64,000 bases of DNA from Candidatus Deferrimicrobiaceae bacterium (GTDB lineage: Bacteria; Desulfobacterota; Deferrimicrobia; Deferrimicrobiales; Deferrimicrobiaceae): contig CAWBVY010000001.1 in assembly GCA_963792415.1 (NCBI GenBank), positions 256,001-320,000 on the forward strand, in the 5' to 3' direction. The notes beneath the pieces were generated by a model. The model was not told the DNA's origin, ran no database searches, and saw only the letters and a list, made by a program, of their open reading frames with translations. A program made the translations under genes and the position numbers. The stretch's first letter is position 1, and each line of letters begins with the position of its first letter. Below are positions 1 to 8,760 of this stretch, in pieces.

Positions 1-17
1 CCACGAGGGATTTTTCT

Positions 18-46
18 TTGTGGGTGCGGGGCGGGTGAATTACAAT
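18..46 (+). promoter_or_regulatory. Putative sigma70 promoter of the acs operon
   Basis: TTGTGG (18-23), 17-bp spacer, TACAAT (41-46), about 50 bp upstream of the acsB ATG; RBS AAGGGA at 81-86. Confidence 0.45.
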
Positions 47-95
47 CACTTCCTGTTTGCCCGCCGTGACGCGACCACCGAAGGGAGCCCGCCCG

Positions 96-2216
96 ATGCA
101 CGAACCGCTGTTTTCCGCCTGCCTGCGCGGCGCCGCCGCCGTCCTCTCTCTCACCCGGACCACCCTCGACGCCGCCGCGGCCCGCCGGGGGAAGGACGCG
201 CCGCTGGCGTACCCCGATACCGCCTACGAACTGCCGGTCGCCTTCGGGCTGACCGACCTTCGGGTGGCGACCCTGGCCGACGCGGGGAAGCTGCTCGACC
301 TCGCGGGGACGCTCGTGCGGGACGGCGCCACGGCGGAGAACGCCCTCGACGCCGGCGCGGCCACGCTCCTCGCCGCGGACGTGCTCGGGGCGCTCTCCCA
401 CGAAAAAGGGAACCCGTACCCGCCACCCGCGGTCGGCTTCGTCCCGGACTCCACCCTGCGCAAACTCGGGATCTATCTCGTGGACGGCTCCGTTCCCGGG
501 GTCGCCGTCCTGATCGGGAAGGCGACGGACCCCGCGGCCGCGGCGGCGATGGTCCGGCAGTTCCAGGAGATCGGGCTCCTCGTCTTCCTCGCGGGGGACG
601 TCGTCGCGCAGCTCGACGCGCAGGGCGTGAAGCTCGGGGAGGATTTCAAGACGTTCCCACTGGGGCCGCTCCCCGCGGTGATCCACGCCGTCAACTTCGC
701 CGTCCGCGCCGGGCTCACCTTCGGCGGCATCGGCCGCGGCCAGGGAGCCGCGATGCTCTCCTACCTCGGCAACCGCGTGAAGGCGTTCGTGTGCGCCCTC
801 GGGCCCCTGGACGACGTCGCCCTCGCCATCGCCGCGGGCGCGATGAAGGCGGGGCTGACGGTCCTGTCCGACCAGCCCGTGCCGGAGATCCCCGGGCTGC
901 TCCTCTCGCGCCCAGCGGGCGACGGAATGGTTCAAGCGGGGATGGAGGCGCGGGGCATCAAGGTGAAGATGGTGAAGGTGCCGATCCCGATCGCCTTCGG
1001 TCCCGCCTTCGAGGGGGAGCGGATCCGGAAGTCCGACACGCACATCGAGTTCGGAGGCGGGCGCTCCGTGGCCTACGAACTCGTCCGCAGCGCCCCCCCG
1101 GAAGAGGTGATCGACCGGGAGATCGTCGTGGACGGCCCGGATCTCGGGGAACTGCCGGTCGGGAGCGTCCTCCCGCTGGGAATCGTCGTCCGGGTCGCCG
1201 GCGCGCGGATGCAGCACGACTTCGAATCGGTCCTGGAGCGCCGCATCCACCGGATCGTCAATTACGGCGAGGGGACGATGCACGTCGCCCAGCGGGACAC
1301 CACCTGGATCCGCGTCTCGACGGAGGCGGTGGGAAAGGGATTCTCCCTCGCGGACCTCGGCCTCATGCTCTACGCCAAGCTGCACGCGGACTTCGAGAAC
1401 ATCGTGGACAAGGTCGCGGTTTCGATCACGACCCGGCTCGAGGACGTGCAGGCGGGGCTGGCCGGGGCGCGGGCCGCCTACGCCGAGCGCGACGCGCGGG
1501 CGCGCACGCTGACGGACGACGCCGTCTCCGAGTTCTACTCCTGCACCCTGTGCCAGTCGTTCGCCCCCAACCACGTCTGCATCGTCTCCCCCGAGCGCCT
1601 CGGGCTCTGCGGGGCGATCAACTGGCTCGACGGGAAGGCGGGGTTCGAGATCACCCCGACCGGCCCCAACCAGCCGGTGCTGAAGGGGGCGGTCCGGGAC
1701 GCCGTGAAGGGATCGTTCGACGGGGTGAACGCGTTCGTCCGGGAGAATTCGCGCAACACCGTGACCGAGATGAACCTCTACTCCATCATGGAGGCGCCGA
1801 TGACCTCGTGCGGCTGCTTCGAATGCGTCCTCGCCGTCATCCCCGAGGCGAACGGCGTGATGGCGGTCAACCGGGAGTTCACCGGGCTCGAAACGCCGTG
1901 CGGGATGGGGTTCTCGACCCTGGCCGGCTCCGTCGGCGGCGGCGTGCAGACCCCGGGCTTCATGGGAGTGGGGAAGCATTACCTGCTGAGCCGGAAATTC
2001 CTCGGGGCCGAGGGGGGGCTTCCGCGCGTCGTCTGGATGACGCGGGAGATGAAGGAATACCTCGGCCCGCTCCTGCGGGAGCGTGCGGCGGAGATCGGGA
2101 TGCCCGACCTCGTCGATCAGATCGCGGACGAAACGGTCGCGGTGACGCCCGACGCGCTCGTCGAACACCTGGTGAAGGTGGGACACCCCGCCCTCAAGCT
2201 CCCTCCCCTCCTGTGA
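96..2216 (+). CDS. acsB: Acetyl-CoA synthase (ACS, A-cluster subunit)
   Basis: A-cluster motifs CTLCQSFAPNHVC, PERLGLCGA and PMTSCGCFEC; FGPAFEGERIRK; ATG at 96 follows an RBS. Confidence 0.95.
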   Translation: MHEPLFSACLRGAAAVLSLTRTTLDAAAARRGKDAPLAYPDTAYELPVAFGLTDLRVATLADAGKLLDLAGTLVRDGATAENALDAGAATLLAADVLGALSHEKGNPYPPPAVGFVPDSTLRKLGIYLVDGSVPGVAVLIGKATDPAAAAAMVRQFQEIGLLVFLAGDVVAQLDAQGVKLGEDFKTFPLGPLPAVIHAVNFAVRAGLTFGGIGRGQGAAMLSYLGNRVKAFVCALGPLDDVALAIAAGAMKAGLTVLSDQPVPEIPGLLLSRPAGDGMVQAGMEARGIKVKMVKVPIPIAFGPAFEGERIRKSDTHIEFGGGRSVAYELVRSAPPEEVIDREIVVDGPDLGELPVGSVLPLGIVVRVAGARMQHDFESVLERRIHRIVNYGEGTMHVAQRDTTWIRVSTEAVGKGFSLADLGLMLYAKLHADFENIVDKVAVSITTRLEDVQAGLAGARAAYAERDARARTLTDDAVSEFYSCTLCQSFAPNHVCIVSPERLGLCGAINWLDGKAGFEITPTGPNQPVLKGAVRDAVKGSFDGVNAFVRENSRNTVTEMNLYSIMEAPMTSCGCFECVLAVIPEANGVMAVNREFTGLETPCGMGFSTLAGSVGGGVQTPGFMGVGKHYLLSRKFLGAEGGLPRVVWMTREMKEYLGPLLRERAAEIGMPDLVDQIADETVAVTPDALVEHLVKVGHPALKLPPLL

Positions 2217-3133
2217 GCGTGGCGCTTCCCATCCCGGCCTTTCCCGGGAGGATCCTCGCGGTCACGCTGCCCGCCGGGCCGGGGGGAACCCCCGTCACCG
2301 TGGGGGGGCAGAACGCCTTGCCGCTCCTGCCCGAGGGGGAGCACCCCAACGCTCCCGCGGTGGGGATGGAGGTTCCCACGGGGCCGCTGGAGCTCCCCCC
2401 GGCGCTGGCCGCGGCGATCGGGCCCTTCGCGGGGGACCCCGTCGCGATGGCCCGCAAGTGCGCCGGCGACTGGGGAGCGCGCTTCCTTTTCCTCTCGCTC
2501 GCCGGCTGCCATCCCGACGCGGGGGGGCAGAGCGTTTCGGAAGGCGCGACCATCGTCCGGGAGGTTCTTTCCGCGACGCCCGCCCCGGTGATCGTGGGGG
2601 GATGCGGCGACGAGGAGGTGGACGCCCGGCTCTTCCCCGCCGTCGCGGAGGCGGCCGGACGTCCGGTCTTCCTCTCGTACGCGGAGGAGAAGAACCACCG
2701 TCTCGTCGCGGGCGCGGCGCTTGCGTACGGCCACGGCGTGGTCTCCTGGTCCCCCATCGACATCAACATGGCCAAGCAGATGAACCTCCTCCTCGCCGAC
2801 CTCGGGTTCCCCCCCGATCGCGTCCTCATCGACCCGCTGACGGGAGGCCTCGGCTACGGGATGGAGTACACCTTCTCCATCGTCGAGCGGATCCGCCTTG
2901 CCGGCCTCTCCGGGGATGTGGCGCTCGCCCGCCCGATCTTCTGCCACCTCGGGGACGCGTGGAAGGCGCGGGAGGCGACCGACCCGTCGGAAGGGAGCTG
3001 GGGCGACGCCGGCGCGCGGGGCCCCCGGTGGGAGGAGACGACGGGACTGGCGTGCCTGGCGGCCGGGGCCGACCTGCTCGTCTGCCGCCACCCCTCGAGC
3101 GTGGCGCGCCTGTCGGGGGCAGCGTGGCGCTGA
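2213..3133 (+). CDS. acsD: Corrinoid iron-sulfur protein small subunit
   Basis: C-terminal part of ORF 20..3133: VTVGGQNALP, SPIDINMAKQMN, IDPLTGGLGYGMEYTFSIVERIRLAGL; GTG overlaps the acsB stop. Confidence 0.92.
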   Translation: MSVALPIPAFPGRILAVTLPAGPGGTPVTVGGQNALPLLPEGEHPNAPAVGMEVPTGPLELPPALAAAIGPFAGDPVAMARKCAGDWGARFLFLSLAGCHPDAGGQSVSEGATIVREVLSATPAPVIVGGCGDEEVDARLFPAVAEAAGRPVFLSYAEEKNHRLVAGAALAYGHGVVSWSPIDINMAKQMNLLLADLGFPPDRVLIDPLTGGLGYGMEYTFSIVERIRLAGLSGDVALARPIFCHLGDAWKAREATDPSEGSWGDAGARGPRWEETTGLACLAAGADLLVCRHPSSVARLSGAAWR

Positions 3134-4476
3134 CCGCGATCGACATCTACAAGCTGCTTCCGAAGACCAACTGCAAGGAGTGCGGCCAGCCGACGTGCCT
3201 GGCCTTCGCGATGCAGATCGCGGCCGGGAAGGCGTCGATCGACCTGTGCCCGCCCGCCTCGGAAGAGGCGAAGGAGAAGCTGTCCGCCGCCGCCGCGCCG
3301 CCGCTGCCGAAGGTGACGATCGGAACCGGGGAGCGCGAGGTCGTCCTCGGCGACGAGACGGTCCTCTTCCGGCACGAGAAGACCTTCTACCACCCGACGG
3401 CGATCGCCGTTTCGATCCGGGACGACGCGTCGGACGGGGAGTTCGCATCGCGGCTCGCGGCGATCCGGAGCCTCTCGTTCGAGCGGGTCGGACAGCGGAT
3501 CTCCGTCGACCTCGTCGCCCTCCGCTGCGCCTCCGGGGACGCGGGCCGGTACTCCCGCGCGGCCGCCGCCGCGCTCGAGGCGACGGGACTCCCCCTCGTC
3601 CTCCTCGCACCGGCGGGACCGCTCGCCGCGGCGGTGGAGGCGGTGGCGCCTTCCCGGCCGCTCCTCGCGCCCCCGCCGGAGGACCTCGTCCCCGCGGCGA
3701 AGCTCGCCGCGGAAAGGAAACTCCCCCTGCGGGTGCGGGCCCGGGGAATCGAGGGACTTTCCGTCGCGCTGGCCGACGCCCGCGCCGCCGGGGCCGCCTC
3801 GCTGGTCGCCGACCCCTCCCCGGAAACGCCCCGGGAGGCCGTCTCCCTTTCCACGGACCTGCGACGGCTGGCGATCCTCGGAAGGGTCCGCGACCTCGCG
3901 TACCCATCCGCGTTCGACCTCGGCGGCGGGTTCCCGGACCCGTTCCTCGCCGCGGCGCTCCTCGTGGCGAAGTACGGCTCGCTCCTCGTGCTGGACTCCG
4001 CGGACCCGGCGGACCTGCTGCCGCTGCTCACGCTTCGGCAGAACCTGTTCACCGACCCGCAGCGCCCGATCCAGGTGGAACCCGGCGTCTACCCGATCGG
4101 TGGACCGTCCGAATCGTCGCCCGTCATCATCACCACCAACTTCTCCCTCACCTACTTCACCGTCCGTGGCGACGTCGAGGCGGCGAAGGTCCCCGCGCAC
4201 CTCCTCATCGCCGACGTCGACGGCATGTCCGTCCTGACCGCGTGGGCGGCCGGGAAGTTCACCGGCGAGTCGATCGCGAAGATGCTCGCCGAGTGCGGGA
4301 TCGGGGAGAAGGTGGCCCACCGGACCCTCGTCCTTCCCGGCATGGTCGCGCGCCTCTCCGGCCGGATCGAGGAGCTGTCCGGGTGGCGGGTCCTCGTCGG
4401 CCCGCAGGAGTCGTCCGCCCTCCCGTCGTACCTGCGCCGCCTTCCGCCGGACGCCTTCCTCCCCGTTCATGGTTGA
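3124..4476 (+). CDS. acsC: Corrinoid iron-sulfur protein large subunit
   Basis: LTAIDIYKLLPKTNCKECGQPTCLAFA ([4Fe-4S] motif), ETVLFRHEKTF, TTNFSLTYF, SVLTAWAAGKF. Confidence 0.95.
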   Translation: MALTAIDIYKLLPKTNCKECGQPTCLAFAMQIAAGKASIDLCPPASEEAKEKLSAAAAPPLPKVTIGTGEREVVLGDETVLFRHEKTFYHPTAIAVSIRDDASDGEFASRLAAIRSLSFERVGQRISVDLVALRCASGDAGRYSRAAAAALEATGLPLVLLAPAGPLAAAVEAVAPSRPLLAPPPEDLVPAAKLAAERKLPLRVRARGIEGLSVALADARAAGAASLVADPSPETPREAVSLSTDLRRLAILGRVRDLAYPSAFDLGGGFPDPFLAAALLVAKYGSLLVLDSADPADLLPLLTLRQNLFTDPQRPIQVEPGVYPIGGPSESSPVIITTNFSLTYFTVRGDVEAAKVPAHLLIADVDGMSVLTAWAAGKFTGESIAKMLAECGIGEKVAHRTLVLPGMVARLSGRIEELSGWRVLVGPQESSALPSYLRRLPPDAFLPVHG

Positions 4477-6145
4477 CGGTCGGGGGGCGATCCGCTTCCA
4501 CCCCGAGGGGATCGACGTCCCCTTCGTCCCCGGGGAATCGCTGCTCGCCCACGCAATCCGCGGCGGCGTCCCGCTCCTCTCTCCGTGCGGCGGGGAGGGC
4601 CGGTGCGGGAAGTGCCGGGTCCTGGTGAGCGGCGGGACCCGCGGCGGGGAGGACCCGGGGGCGCTCACCCGGGCGGAAATCGCCGCGGGAATCCGCCTCG
4701 CGTGCCGCTGCATCCCCTCCTCCGGCGACGTCTCCGTGACGATCCTTCCCGGGAGCCGGCCCGCCCGCCTCGCGGCGTACCTCGACGGAAAGGACCTGGC
4801 GGGGGACGAGCCGTTCCTTCCCCTGTCCCGCGCCGCGTCGGGGGGCGCCCCGCTCGGCGTGGCGCTGGACCTGGGGACGAGCACCCTGGCGGGCACGCTC
4901 GTGGATCTCTCGGACGGAACCGTCCTGGCCCGCGCGACGGGGGACAACCCGCAGATGGCGTGCGGCGAGGACCTCATCTCCCGCGTGGTGTTCGCCGAAG
5001 AGACGACCGGCGGGTTCGAACTGCTGCGGGGGCAGCTCCTTTCGGGGGTGGACGGCCTGGTGCGAAGACTCCTCGAAGCCTCGCCGGCGCCGGGGGAAGT
5101 CACCGACGTCGTCGCCGCGGGAAACACCGTCATCTCCCACTTCCTGTACGGGATCTCCCCCTCCCCGATCCGGCGGCCGCCGTACCATCCGGTCCGGAAG
5201 GAGTACCCCGTCGTCCCGGGGGAAACCCTGGGGACCGGCCCGGAGACGGCGCGGGCCCTATGGCGGATCTTCCCGTCCCTCGGGGGATTCGTCGGCGGCG
5301 ACGTGGTGGCGGGGATTCTCGCCTCGGGGATGCACCGGCAGGAGGAGGTCAGCCTGCTCTTCGACGTCGGCACCAACGGCGAGGTGGTGCTGGGGAACCG
5401 GGAGTGGCGGATCGCCTGCTCCTCCTCGGCCGGGCCCGCCTTCGAAGGGGGCGAGGTCGGCTGCGGCATGCGCGCGTACCCGGGGGCGATCGAGTCGGTC
5501 CGGATCGAACCGGGGACCGCGGCGGCGGAGTGGACGGTGATCGGGCGGGGCCGGCCGGCCGGCCTGTGCGGCTCGGGAATCCTCGACCTGTGCGCGGAGC
5601 TGTTCCGGGCCGGGATCGTCGATCGGGCGGGACGGTTCACCTCGCGCGGCTCCGGGGGGCGCCGCCTCACGGAACGCGGCGAAGCGTTCGTCGTGGTCCC
5701 CGGGGAGAAGAGCGCCACGGGGCGCGACGTATCCTTCCGCGAGTCGGACCTGAAAAGCATCCTTCGGACGAAAGCCGCCCTCTGCGCGGCCGCCGAGGCG
5801 CTGCTCGCCGCGGTGGGGCTCCCGCTGGAGGCGGTCGCGCGCGTCTACGTCGCCGGGGGGTTCGGCAACTTCCTCGACCTGCGCTCCGCCCTCACCATCG
5901 GGCTCTTCCCCCCCATCCCCCTCGCCCGGTTCGTTCCGCTGGGAAACGCGTCGCTGGCCGGCGCGCTCGGCGCGCTGCGCAACCGGCGGCGCTGGAAGGA
6001 GGCGCTTTCGCTCGCGACCGGGACGGTGTACCACGACCTGTCGTCCGATCCGGGCTTCATGGAGCTGTACCAGCGCGGCCTCTTCCTCCCCCACACCGAC
6101 GAGGAGAGCTACCGTTCCGTGCTCGCCGCGGAGGTGACGGCATGA
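4469..6145 (+). CDS. acsV: Reductive activator of CoFeSP (RACo/AcsV; 2Fe-2S plus ASKHA ATPase)
   Basis: CGGEGRCGKC ferredoxin motif, DLGTSTL, DVGTNGE, AGPAFEG, GLCGSG, AGGFG. Confidence 0.9.
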   Translation: MVDGRGAIRFHPEGIDVPFVPGESLLAHAIRGGVPLLSPCGGEGRCGKCRVLVSGGTRGGEDPGALTRAEIAAGIRLACRCIPSSGDVSVTILPGSRPARLAAYLDGKDLAGDEPFLPLSRAASGGAPLGVALDLGTSTLAGTLVDLSDGTVLARATGDNPQMACGEDLISRVVFAEETTGGFELLRGQLLSGVDGLVRRLLEASPAPGEVTDVVAAGNTVISHFLYGISPSPIRRPPYHPVRKEYPVVPGETLGTGPETARALWRIFPSLGGFVGGDVVAGILASGMHRQEEVSLLFDVGTNGEVVLGNREWRIACSSSAGPAFEGGEVGCGMRAYPGAIESVRIEPGTAAAEWTVIGRGRPAGLCGSGILDLCAELFRAGIVDRAGRFTSRGSGGRRLTERGEAFVVVPGEKSATGRDVSFRESDLKSILRTKAALCAAAEALLAAVGLPLEAVARVYVAGGFGNFLDLRSALTIGLFPPIPLARFVPLGNASLAGALGALRNRRRWKEALSLATGTVYHDLSSDPGFMELYQRGLFLPHTDEESYRSVLAAEVTA

Positions 6146-7182
6146 CCGCGTTGCCGGGCCTCTTCCCGTGCACGGGCGTGGGGTCCCTGCCGCACCTCGA
6201 TCCCCGCGCCGCCGTGGCGGAGGTCCTGTCCCGTTTCCGGGAAATCCCGTACTGGCCGCAGCTCCCGCGCCGGACGCCGCTCGAGCACATGTACCCGCAA
6301 TTCGCCGCGGCCCTCCCCGGGGCTTCGGTCGTCGGGGAGCGCCTGACGATGAAGAGCGGGGAGGAGCTTCTCCCGGACGCGGAGGCGTTCTACGGGAAGT
6401 TCCTCTCGGACGATCTCTCCCCCTTCGCCGTCCCCGCGGAGCGCGCGGCCGGCCTGCACGCCATGCTGGAAGCCGGCGGCGGCCCCTTCCCCGCGGTGAA
6501 GGGCCAGGTGACCGGGCCCGTCTCCTTCGGGCTCATGGTGTGCGACCGGGAGAAGAAACCGGTCTTCTACGACCCCGTGGGCCGGGACATCCTGGTCAAG
6601 TACCTGCTCCGCGTCGCCCAGTGGCAGGCCGAACAGCTTCGCCGCCTCTCCGGAACCGTGATCCTGACGCTGGACGAGCCGTACCTCGCCTCCGTGGGAT
6701 CCGCCATCGTCGCGCTCCCGCGGGAGGAGGTGATCGCCGCCCTCGACGAGATCTTCGACGGGCTGCCCGGCGTCCTGTGCGGGATCCACTGCTGCGCGAA
6801 CACCGACTGGGGGCTGGTCCTCGCCTCGAAGGTCCGGTACCTCTCCTTCGACGCCTACGAGTACGCCGACTCGCTCCTCCTCTACCCGGAGGAGGTCTCC
6901 GCGTTCCTCGCCCGCGGCGGGGTGCTCGCCTTCGGGGTGATCCCCACCGCGCGCGAGGCGATCGCGGCCGAGACGCCGGAATCGCTCGCCGAACGGATGG
7001 AGCGGATTCTCGACCGGTACGCCTCCCGGGGGATTTCACGGGAAGCGATGGTCCGTGCCTCCGTGATCACCCCGGCGTGCGGTCTCGGGACCTTGCCCGA
7101 GGAGTCCGCGGAGCGCGCGCTGCGGCTGACCGTGGAGCTGTCGGGCCTGCTGCGGACCCGGTACGGGGGGAGCCCATCGTGA
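6142..7182 (+). CDS. mesB: Folate-independent core methionine synthase (MesB/core-MetE type, methylcobamide:homocysteine methyltransferase)
   Basis: TGVGSLPH...IPYWPQLP, KGQVTGPVSFG, LDEPYL, GIHCCANTDW (Zn ligands), ITPACGLG; single-barrel size of 346 aa; ATG overlaps the RACo stop. Confidence 0.8.
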   Translation: MTALPGLFPCTGVGSLPHLDPRAAVAEVLSRFREIPYWPQLPRRTPLEHMYPQFAAALPGASVVGERLTMKSGEELLPDAEAFYGKFLSDDLSPFAVPAERAAGLHAMLEAGGGPFPAVKGQVTGPVSFGLMVCDREKKPVFYDPVGRDILVKYLLRVAQWQAEQLRRLSGTVILTLDEPYLASVGSAIVALPREEVIAALDEIFDGLPGVLCGIHCCANTDWGLVLASKVRYLSFDAYEYADSLLLYPEEVSAFLARGGVLAFGVIPTAREAIAAETPESLAERMERILDRYASRGISREAMVRASVITPACGLGTLPEESAERALRLTVELSGLLRTRYGGSPS

Positions 7183-7930
7183 CATTGCGGATCGCCGTCG
7201 CCGGCAAGGGGGGGGTCGGCAAGACCACCTGCTCCGCGCTGCTGCTGCGCGCGCTGGCGTTGTCGGGCGTCCGTCCCCTTCTCGCCGTGGACGCCGACCC
7301 CAACGCGAACCTGCACCAGCTCCTCTCGCTCCCTCTCCCCGAGGGGCTCGGCTCCCTCCGGGAGGAACAGCGGACGGCGGCGGGCGGGGCGGTTTCCCTC
7401 CCGGACCGGATCGCCTCCGAGGTGGAGCGGCGGGTATCCGAGGGGGAAGCGGTGGATCTCATCGCGATGGGGCGCGGCGAGGGGCCGGGGTGCTACTGCT
7501 ACGTGAACAACCTGCTCCGCGAGGCGCTCGACCGGATCGAGGGCGGCTACCGGGCCGTCGTGGTGGACAACGAGGCGGGGATGGAGCACCTCTCCCGGCG
7601 GTCGACGCGGCGGATCGATCACCTCGTCCTGGTGGGCGACCCTTCCCGGCGCGGCATGGATGCCGTGGCGGCCCTGCGGGAGCTGGCCGCGGAGCTCGCC
7701 CTCCCGGTCGGGAAGACGTGGCTCCTCCTCAACCGCCCGTACGGCGTCCACGGCAACGCCCCGTCGGAGGCCCTCGGGCTCCCGCTCCTGGCGGCGCTCC
7801 CGCACGACCCGCGGCTTCCCTCCTGGGAAACGGAGGGGCGGTCGTTCCTCGCCCTTCCCCCCGGGGAGTCCCCCGCGGCGGACGCCGTCGCGGCCGCTCT
7901 CCGGACCTCCCTTCTCGGATCCGCCCGTGA
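7179..7930 (+). CDS. acsF: CooC/AcsF-type nickel insertion ATPase (3' end ambiguous; the frame runs on to 8639)
   Basis: IAVAGKGGVGKTT P-loop, VDADPNANL, GPGCYC, VDNEAGMEHLSR; no in-frame stop before the next gene. Confidence 0.85.
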
Positions 7931-8607
7931 AGGTCCTCTTCGCGACCCAGGGGAAGTACGGCGAGCGGATCGCGGACTACATCGCCGCGAACCGACCGGA
8001 AGGGTGGGAGACCCTCCGCCTGCCGCTGCGACGAACCCTTCCGTTGGTGATCGACGATCCGGACGAGGTCCTGCCGGCCGCGATTCCCCCCGCCGACCTG
8101 CTCGTCTCCCTCCACGAGTCGGCGGGGGCCGCGGAACTGATCCCCGACATCGCGCGGCGGTGCGGCGCCGCCGCCGTCCTCGCCGCCGTCGACGACCGGG
8201 CCGCCTGCCCGCGCGGGCTGGAGAACCAGATCGGGAAGCGGCTCGGGGCGATGGGGGTGGCGTTCGCCTTCGCCCGGCCCCTGTGCGGGTTCGACGGCGG
8301 GCCCCACCCGCTGCTGTCGGCGTTCGCGGAGCGGTTCGGACGGCCGAGGATGCGGATCGACGCCGACGGGGACCGGGTCGGCCTCGTGACGGTCGAGCGG
8401 GACTGCCCGTGCGGCGCGGGACGGTTCGTGGCGAAGGTCCTGCCGGGGACGCGCCTGTCGGAGGCGGCGGACACCGGCGCGCTGCGGCACCACCACCACC
8501 CGTGCATGGCGTCGATGGAGGTCGACCCGGAATTGTCCGACACGCTGATGCACCTGTCGGGCTACATCTTCCGAGCCGCCATCAACGCGGGTTTGCGGCG
8601 GAAGTGA
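7927..8607 (+). CDS. DUF166-like protein
   Basis: GTG start VKVLFATQGKYGERIAD; LPLVIDDP, PLC, CPCGA and HHHPCMASM resemble the DUF166 family. Confidence 0.7.
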   Translation: MKVLFATQGKYGERIADYIAANRPEGWETLRLPLRRTLPLVIDDPDEVLPAAIPPADLLVSLHESAGAAELIPDIARRCGAAAVLAAVDDRAACPRGLENQIGKRLGAMGVAFAFARPLCGFDGGPHPLLSAFAERFGRPRMRIDADGDRVGLVTVERDCPCGAGRFVAKVLPGTRLSEAADTGALRHHHHPCMASMEVDPELSDTLMHLSGYIFRAAINAGLRRK

Positions 8608-8690
8608 CGGCGATTCGGGACGACGGAAGGGGCGGCTGAGTTCCCTAACCAGATAACGGGTCTACTGGACCGTCACACCATTTTGGGTTG

Positions 8691-8727
8691 AAAAAAAGGA
8701 CGGAGCCTTGCGGCCCCGTCCTTTTTC
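8691..8727. terminator. Bidirectional rho-independent terminator
   Basis: A7-GGACGG...CCGTCC-T5 hairpin between convergent genes. Confidence 0.8.
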
Positions 8728-8760
8728 TTAATCAAGCACGTTAGGAAACAAGCCCTCTTA

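Noticed and set aside
20-3133. A single 1037-aa protein
   Set aside because: The first ~730 codons are an Arg/Gly/Pro-rich shadow frame of acsB; only 2213-3133 is real (acsD).
2854-5760. Long antisense or alternate-frame ORFs (also 10784..13177, 36086..39409, 53836..56277 and others)
   Set aside because: Low-complexity translations overlapping well-supported genes; expected in high-GC DNA where stops are rare.
96-8607. Complete Wood-Ljungdahl carbon fixation cluster
   Set aside because: No CODH, AcsE or folate-branch genes in the window; autotrophy cannot be supported from this sequence.
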